Origin: Malacoraja senta
Taxonomy: Eukaryota
Direction of reading: 5' to 3'
Length of the DNA: 60,000 nt
Assembly (NCBI GenBank): GCA_038087875.1
Contig: CM075989.1
Location: 19,532,001 to 19,592,000 of the forward strand
Shown here: positions 51,467 to 60,000 of the stretch, piece by piece
Layout of the letters: each line of letters begins with the position of its first letter
Position numbering within the stretch: position 1 is the first letter of the stretch
Translations under genes and position numbers: made by a program
The notes under the pieces: generated by a model
What the model was told of the DNA's origin: nothing
The model's database searches: none
Seen by the model: only the letters and a program-made list of their open reading frames with translations

Positions 51467-54188
51467 TAAATTGTTGAGGGAGGGAATTAGTTACTGAGAA
51501 ATAAGTCGGGGAGCGGAATTGCTCGGAGCTAGCAGAGCGGCGATGGACTAAACAACCCCGTTCTGCGTTGTAAGAAAAATACATTGGTGCATTGATGTCT
51601 TGCCCCGCGTTGCCTTCAAACACATCGCAATGCCCTTTGAGAGAAAGACTCTTGCACGCAGGTCTCACCAGCTATCTTGATGTCCTCCTTCCCCATTGCC
51701 CTATTGATCGCCCTTCATGATTTACAAAGCAAGTGGCACTTGAGAAGGGGGGGATGAATGGTCAGGACAGCCCGCTGTATGCCCTTCTTCCCTGCTAATC
51801 ACCGAGGAAATAGTGAATCCGCACATCACATCATACTGGGGTCAATAATGAGCCAGCCTCGCAATACATAAACGCCACTAAGTGGATTTTTTAGTGGCAC
51901 AGTCGCTGGATGGGAAACAAATAGGTTTAATTCTAATGGAACACATTTTGCAATGGAGAGAGCGGTGACAATCTTAATCTAACATCCAGGTATGCAACAA
52001 GCATTGAAGTTACGTTTTCAAAAACATATTTCATTTATCCAAGAAATCCATAGGCAATTTTCACTTCAGGGAGCATACAATAGGGTGAAAACAGATGGAA
52101 TTTAGGCTTTTATAAGAAATCTTTTATTTTCTCCCACATAGAACAGATTAAGTTATCATTCATCAAATCAGTAAATTAGACAAAGTATAATTGAATAGTC
52201 TGAAGAAGGATCCCGACCCAAAACGTCACCCATCCATGTCCTCCAAGGATGTTGCTTGACCCGAAGAGTTACTTCAGCATTCCTCTGTCATTTATTAATT
52301 CTACATTCTTGTGCTTTTTTTCTGCTGATAACATTATTGTACTAAATTCATTCTTGACATAATGACTACACAGCTGTTGGAATGTCTTTCCGTAGTAGAA
52401 ATTGGTGAACTAATTCTTTTAGAATTCTTAAGTAGTTTACAATATGCTTTATTTTTCCATTCTGGTCAATATTTAATTCTGTTGTCTTCTGTAAGTTATA
52501 ATTTGCCAATTTTAGCATTTTTATGACACAACTCGGTACACTCTAACATTTTTAGTGCTGTTGCCAAGGCAACGGTATTGAGGCCTTGTTCTGTGGAGCC
52601 TCCTTCCTGAGAACCTCAGACTTACCTGTTTTCTCTCTTTGAAATTCATCCCCAAATTTATCTTTATGGCAAAGCTTTCAATTGCTTCTCTCCCCAGTAG
52701 GTAGTGTCCAACAGATACAGGATGAAGGGAACAATGTCCAGTGCAAGATAAAGTATGGTAAAGTTCGACTACAGATAGTTTGAAGGTCTCTAATGAGGTA
52801 TTTTGGAGGTCAGGGTCGTTCTCTAGTTAGTGAGAGGATGGTTCAGTTGCCTGATAACAGCTGGGAAGAAACTGTCCCTGAATCTGGAGGTGTGCTTTTT
52901 CACTCTTGCCAAATGGGAGAGGGGAGAAGAGGGAGTGTCTGGCTCTGCAAAGCAATCTCATCTCTTCACTTTCGTCTCGTTTCAAACGTCTCGGGATATT
53001 TCCTCGGTTATGGACGCTATTAATTTTATCATGGGATCTAGATTAGTGCACACAAGTGCTTCGCATTTCTGATAGCACTCCAGTGAATTCAAGGCACTGA
53101 CTGCTTCAAGGTTTCCATCACCCAGTTGAAATACATCTATTCCTCGTGACCAATTTTAAACTTTTTTCAGACCCAGCCTTGGCAATTATCATCATCGTCA
53201 AACAGCAGGAGAAAATGACAAGTTATGTAATGCAGAATTGATTTTTCGCACATTAATACTTGGCTGCCAGTACCAATTTGGAAAAAGTCTGAGTCTGTTA
53301 CAAGATACAGAACTGTTTGGCCATTCATTTCATTGGCCTTGAAGTGATAAACTGGGATAACAATTACTGCAAGTTATCAAGGAAAAGGTATCTTGCTATT
53401 TCCCCTGAACTGCTTGCAAGAACCAAATCTAATGGAGCTATCTTGAAGTTTTAAGTACAGTTTTAAAGACACAGCATGGAAACAGGCCCACTGGGTCATG
53501 TGTACATCCATCACTCACCCAGTTCACACTAGCTCCCTGCTATCCCACTTTCGCATCCACTCCCGCACGCCAGGGGCAGTTTACAGAGGCCAATTGACCT
53601 TCAAACCTGCACGAATTTTGGAGGAAACCGGAGCACCTGGAGGAAACCCATTCGGTCCGATGAAGAACGTGCAAACTCCACGCAGAGTGGATATGAAAGT
53701 GGGATAACGTAGAACTAGTGTTAACGGGTGATCGAAGGTCATCGTGGACTCGATGGACTGTAGGGGCCTGTTTCTATGCTGTCTCTCTAAACTAATCAGC
53801 AATCAGAGTGCAGCGAGGTAATCAGAGTGTAGCGAGGTAATCAGAGTGCAGCGAGTAATCAGTGGCAGTTGGAACGGAAGGGACGTCACGACCGCGGTGC
53901 CACAGGTGCCACAGGTGCGGCCCAGGGTTGTCACCGAGGGAGGAAGGACGGAGCCGCGGCTCGAGAGGCTAACAGAGCTAAGAGGTAGGCCACGCACTGC
54001 AAGGGAGCAGTGGACCAGACAGAAAGAGCGGACGGAATTACCACTAGACAGCCAAACCAGTAGGTAATTTACGGCTGGGGTAAGTACTTTCCCATTTATA
54101 GGAGGTAGGATTATATAAATAAGGGGTGTTTTAATACAGTAATCCGGGTAGGGGATTCTTAATAGGACCAGTTAATTACTTATATAAG

Positions 54189-55141
54189 ATGGGCGGCCAG
54201 GAGATGTGCCAATACTGTGAGATGTGGGAAATTGTCGACACCATTGATGTAGATGATCCCTACAGCTGCAGTAAGTGTTTGAAGCTAGCGGAACTCGAGC
54301 TCCGCATTGATGAGCTGGAGACCCAACTTCATACGCTGCGGTGCATCAGGGAGGGGGAGTATTACCTGGATGTTTTGTGCCAGGGGATGGTCACACCGAC
54401 CAGTTTAACTAATTCAGTAGTTAGTGAGCAGGGAAAGGAAGGTGTGGCCATAAGCGAGGCAGGTAGGGGGAACCAGGAGGAGATGCGGCAGGAGCCACAG
54501 CCCTTGTCCCTGACGAGCATGACCGAGGCTCTTACTCAATGTGAGGACGGGATCAGGGGCTGTGGGAGGGATGAGCAACCTGGCTGCAGCACCGTGGATC
54601 AGGGGGCCATTCAAGAGGGGGGAGTTAGAAGAAATGCCGTGGTGATAGGGGATAGTATTATTCGGGGGGTAGATAAGGTTCTCTGCGGCCAGCAGAACAT
54701 GTCCCGAAGGCTGTGTTGCCTACCCGGTGCTAGGGTTAAGGATATCTCTGCGATGCTGGAGAGAAATTTGCAGAGTGAGCGGGAGGATCCAGTGGTCGTG
54801 GTCCATGTGGGGACCAATGACATAGGAAGGACGAGGAAGGAGGATCTGCTGAACGAGTTTGAGCAGTTAGGGAATAAATTAAAAAGCAGAACCTCGAGGG
54901 TACTGATCTCCGGATTGCTACCTGAGCCACGGGCCAAATCGGCGAGGGTACGAAAAATTAAAAAGCTGAATGCGTGGCTCAAAGACTGGTGTGGGAAAAA
55001 TGGGTTTGGTTTCTTGGGCCACTGGCACCAGTACTGGGACAGGGGGATCTGTTCTGTAAGGACGGACTTCACCTGAACGGTGCTGGGACTGGGGTCCTGG
55101 CAAATCATATAACTAGGGCAGTAGAGAGGTCTTTAAACTAA
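54189..55141 (+). pseudogene. CR1 ORF1: CxxC...CxxC zinc finger, coiled coil and SGNH/GDSL esterase domain; one frameshift near 55042-55046
   Basis: CQYC...CSKC, LAELELRIDELETQL, VIGDSII, HVGTND; the missing DxxH (KDGLHLN) appears in the -1 frame after a G5 run and ends at TAA 55139-55141. Confidence 0.88.
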
Positions 55142-58084
55142 GTAGCGGGGGGGAGGTATCAAGGGGGGTAATAACGGCAGGGGTAGAGGAAATAGAGCAG
55201 GGTATCAGTGGGGAAACGGAAAATCAAAATGTGACAGGAGGATCCAGAATGTGTGAAGATAAAGCTCTAGATGTAAAAGGGGCAAAAACAGAAAGGAAGG
55301 GTAGTAAAAATCATCTGAAAGTGCTGTATCTAAATGCACGGAGTATTCGAAATAAGATAAATGAATTAACGGTGCAATTAAGTACATATAGTTATGATAT
55401 TGTGGCCATTACGGAGACATGGCTGCAAGGGGATCAGGATTGGGAGTTAAATATAGAGGGGTACTCGACAATTAGAAAAGATAGACAGGAAAGAAAGGGA
55501 GGAGGGGTGGCCCTTTTAATAAGGGAGGGAATAACGGCAATAGAGAGGAAGGATATTGCGTTGAAGGATCAGGATAGTGAAACAGCTTGGGTACAGATAG
55601 AGAATAACAAGGGGAAAAAAACACTAGTGGGTGTAATTTATAGACCTCCAAATAGCTGTGACGCTGTTAGTCAGAACATAAATCTGCAAATAGTTGACGC
55701 ATGTAAAAAGGGAACTGCTGTAATCATGGGGGACTTCAATTTTCATATTAATTGGGCAAACCAAACTGGGCAGGGTAGACTAGAGGAAGAGTTTATAGAA
55801 TGTATTAGAGATGGGTTCCTAGAACAGTATGTCACAGAACCGACAAGGAGGGAGGCAATCTTGGATCTGGTCCTGTGTAATGAAGCAGGATTAATTAAAA
55901 ATGTCATAGTTAGGGACTCGTTGGGAACAAGTGACCACAATATGGTCGAATTCCATATTCAAATAGAAGGGGAGCAGGTTGAAACTCAGGCTAGGGTACT
56001 TAGTCAAAATAAGGGGGATTATGAAGGTATGAGGACTGAGCTGATCAAAGTTGACTGGGATAGCAGACTCAAGAATAAGACGGTACATGAGCAGTGGTGT
56101 ACGTTTAAGGATCTACTGTATAACCTTCAAGAAAAATTTATTCCTATGAAGAAAAAAAGGGGTAAGGGAAAGAACAGTCAGCCATGGCTCAGTAAAACTA
56201 TAAAGGATAGTATTCGGCTGAAGGCAAGGGCATATAAGGTAGCTAGAGATAGTGGGAGGGTAGAGGATTGGGAAGCATTTAAAGGTCAGCAAAAAATAAC
56301 TAAGAGATTAATTAAGACGGGGAAAATAGACTATGAAAGGAATTTAGCGAACAACATAAAAACTAATAGTAAGAGTTTTTATAGCTATATAAAAAGAAAA
56401 AGGGTGGCTAAGGTGAACGTTGGTCCATTGGAGGGTGAGACTGGAGAGTTGTTGGTGGGGAACATGGAAATGGCAAAGGCATTAAACGAGTATTTTGTAT
56501 CAGTCTTCACCATAGAAGACACAAAAAATATTCCAACGCTGGATAAACAGGGGGCGGTAGGAATGGAGGAGCTAAATACTATTAAGATCACCAAGGAGGT
56601 GGTATTAGGGAAATTAATGAGACTGAAGGAGGATAAATCCCCTGGGCCTGATGGATTACATCCAAGGGTCTTGAGGGAGATAGCGGTGGGGATTGTGGAT
56701 GCATTGGTGATAATTTTCCAAAACTCCCTGGAGGCAGGAATGGTCCCAGTGGATTGGAAAATGGCCAATGTAACACCTATATTTAAAAAAGGAAGTAAAC
56801 AGAAGGCGGGTAACTATAGACCGGTTAGTCTAACATCGGTGGTGGGTAAAATGTTAGAGACAATTATTAAAGAAACACTAACGGGGCACTTGGATAAACA
56901 TGACTTCATCGGACAGAACCAGCATGGTTTTGTGAAGGGGAAGTCCTGTTTAACGAATCTGCTCGAATTCTTTGAGGAAGTAACAACCCGGGTGGATAAA
57001 GGGGAACCGGTGGATGTGGTATACTTGGACTTCCAAAAGGCTTTTGACAAGGTGCCACATAAGAGACTATTGCTAAAAATAAAAAAATTATGGGATTGGG
57101 GGTAATATATTAGCATGGGTAGAGGATTGGCTAACAAATAGGAAGCAGAGAGTGGGGATAAATGGTTCATACTCGGAATGGCAACCGGTAACTAGCGGGG
57201 TTCCGCAAGGGTCGGTGCTGGGACCCCAGTTGTTCACAATTTATATAAATGATTTGGAGGAGGGAACCAAGTGTAATATATCAAAATTTGCGGACGATAC
57301 AAAAATGGGAGGAAAAGTAGGGGATGAGGAGGATAGGAAGAGTCTGCAAAAGGATATAGATAAGCTAGGTGAGTGGGCAACAACTTGGCAGATGAAATTT
57401 AATACTAATAAATGTGAAGTCATTCACTTTGGGAAAAAAAATGATAGGGCAAGTTATTTTCTAAATGAGGTGGAGCTGCGTTGTAATGCAACGCAAAGGG
57501 ATCTAGGGGTAGTAGTACATGAATCACTAAAAGTTAGTATGCAGGTGCAGCAAGCAATCAGGAAGGCCAATGGAGTTTTGGCCTTTATTGCTAGGGGGAT
57601 TGAGTATAAAAACACGGAGGTCTTGCTGCAGCTGTACACAGTATTAGTGAGACCACATTTGGAATACTGTGTACAGTTCTGGGGTCCATACTTAAGAAAG
57701 GATGTACTGGCCCTGGAGGCAGTGCAGCGAAGGTTTACAAGATTAATTCCTGCAATGAGGGGATTGACATATGAGGAAAGGTTAAGTAGGCTGGAACTCT
57801 ACTCTTTGGAGTTTAGAAGAATGAGAGGCGATCTCATTGAAACATATAAGATCGTGAGGGGCCTTGATCGGGTGGATGCACCGAGTTGTAGAATAAGAGG
57901 GGGCTCTTTTAAAACTGAGATGAGGAAGAACTTCTTCACCCAGAGGGTGGTTAATTTATGGAATTCACTGCCCCAGGGAGCAGTGGAAGCAGAAACATTA
58001 AATATATTTAAGTCTAAAATAGATGGTTTTTTAGCTGCCAAGGGGATAAGGGGCTACGGGGAGAGGGCAGGGATATGGACCTAG
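55117..58084 (+). pseudogene. CR1 ORF2: APE endonuclease plus reverse transcriptase; +1 frameshift in an A7 run at 57081-57087
   Basis: YLNARSI, ITETWL, GDFN, SDH, GPDG, NYRPVSL, DFQKAFD, VPQGS, FADD; ~14-codon in-frame deletion near 57880 relative to other copies. Confidence 0.93.
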
Positions 58085-59759
58085 GTATGGTTAGTATAGT
58101 AAGACCTGAGTGATCTCCTGGACAACTGTCGATCGCCTGGATTGGGGTCGGAGAGGAATTTCCCGGATTTTTTTCCCGAATTGGACCTGGGTTTTTATCC
58201 GGTTTTTTGCCTCCCCCAGGAGATCACGCGGTTCTTGGGGTGGAGAGGGGTGATAGCGATATAAAGGGGAGGGTAGTGTCTTGTGTTCTGTGTCTTGTGT
58301 CTACTGTTTGTGGGTAAGGGTGTCTGTTTAGTGTTCAGCCATGAGCGAATGGCGGTGCGGGCTCGATGGGCCTGGTGGTCTACTCTCGCACCTACTTTCT
58401 ATGTTTCTATGTTTCTATGTAAATACATTCCATAATGGGGGGCCACCGGCCCAGGCAGACAGTGAACAAATGTTCGGCAAAAAACAAGTTTGGAAAAGAG
58501 TGGTCTGCTGGAGCAGTGATAGAGTTGCTGCCTTACAGCGGCAGAGAAGCGGGTTCCACTAATCTCCTCCACCTGCACGTGATCCATATCTCTCCACTCC
58601 CTACATATTCACGTATTCGCACATCCAAAGACCTCTTAAACGCCACTGTTGTATCTGCCTCAACCCCCACCTCTGGCAAACACGTTCCAGGCACCCACCA
58701 CTCACTGTGTTAGAAAGAAAAACGTTTGCCCCGCCCATCTCCCTCTCACCTTAAAGTTATGCCCTCTCGTATTCGACACTCCGGGAAAACGTTTCTGACT
58801 GTCGATCCCACCTATGCCTCCCCAAAACCGCTTTGTTTCATATAAACGGAAGATTTTATGTGCTTTCAAGATGACATGAAGAGAATCTGCTGGTGGTGGG
58901 GAATGGGCAATTCTCCACACATAATAAATGCAAGATTGTAAGTGGCTATAAATATGCTTTTCCTCACCAGCTTACATGTGCGTCATAGCGTCTAAGGGTC
59001 CTTGGGCCCATCTTCCCAACACTGACCAACATGCCCCATCTACACTAGACCCACCTGCCTACATTTGGCCTCTATCCCTCTAAACCTGTCCTATCCGTGT
59101 ACCCGGCTGGAGGTTTCTTAAATGTTGCAATAGTCCCTGCCTCAAATACCTCCTCCGGCAGCTCGTTCCATACACCCACCACCCTTTGTGTAAAAAAAGT
59201 TACTCCTCAGGTTCCCATTAATTCTTTTTCCCACCCTCACCTGAAACCTATGTCCCCTGGTTCTCGATTCCACTATTCTGGGCAAGAGACTGCCTGTTGT
59301 ATGCATGCACAGCCAGTACTTTGACTGTTGGGTGAACTTTTGTAACTTTGTCCCCACCACAATGTGGAGACAATTGTGTACTGCCTCGGTGGGGACTGCG
59401 ATATGATTTTACGGGTTCTATGCTAAACAAAGCCTTTCACTGTACCTAGGTACATGTGACTATAAAAAAAATAATTGAATTATATTTCAGGAGTAAAACA
59501 ATAAGGGACATTTCAAGTAAATGTTGTATGCACAAACCTTTCCCCTTGCAACAGTCAAAACAAAAAGGACTGTGGGTTAGAAATGATAAAATCAATGCAA
59601 GCAAATGTCCATTTGATAATATGGGTCCTAGGTAGACACAAAATGCTGGAGAAACTCAGCGGGTGAGACAGGATCTATCGAGAGAAGGAATGGGTGACGT
59701 TTCGGGTGGAGACCCTTCTCCAGACTGGGTCTTTTGGTATATGGGTCGTTTGGTAACTG

Positions 59760-60000
59760 ATTTAGTTTCGTTTTTTAATTTAGAGATGCAGCGTGGAAAC
59801 AGGCCCTTCGGCCCACCGTGTCCGCACTGACCTGCGATCCCTGCACATTAACACGATCCTGCACACACCAGGGTCAATTTTACATTCATACCAAGCCTAC
59901 AAACCTGTACGACTTTGGAAACCAAAGATCTCGGTGAAAACCCACGTGGCCATGGGGAGAACGTACAAACACCAGACAGGCAGCACCCGTGGTCAGGATC
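59760..60000 (-). mobile_element. HE1-like V-SINE cut by the window end
   Basis: Tail and V-domain. Confidence 0.8.

Larger units (their letters stand above)
53794..58419 (+). mobile_element. Essentially full-length CR1-clade LINE (~4.6 kb)
   Basis: 5' UTR with tandem repeats, ORF1, APE-RT ORF2, 3' UTR and (tttctatg)x3 tail. Confidence 0.95.

Overview
This is a vertebrate, most likely elasmobranch (skate/ray/shark), intronic or intergenic window; the taxon is inferred from about 20 tRNA-headed V-domain SINEs resembling HE1. No host protein-coding exon could be supported. Most of the sequence is transposon-derived: many CR1-clade LINE fragments (one essentially full-length at ~53794-58419, one young copy broken by a 200-N gap), Rex1/Babar, L2 and L1 fragments, PIF/Harbinger-type MITEs with TAA/TTA target-site duplications (TSDs), a hAT-type non-autonomous element, and GC-rich non-autonomous retroposons. 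About 25 copies of a ~130-bp Penelope-like repeat end in a minimal hammerhead-ribozyme-like core. The best leads are: (1) an in-phase T_TTA_AAC slippery heptamer plus G-tracts at the CR1 ORF1/ORF2 overlap, a candidate -1 ribosomal frameshift; (2) the dispersed hammerhead-core repeat; (3) an ~80%-identical motif pair in two repeat-free islands; (4) a subterminal module shared by retroposons with different LINE-derived tails. All family names come from motif recognition by eye; no database search was run.
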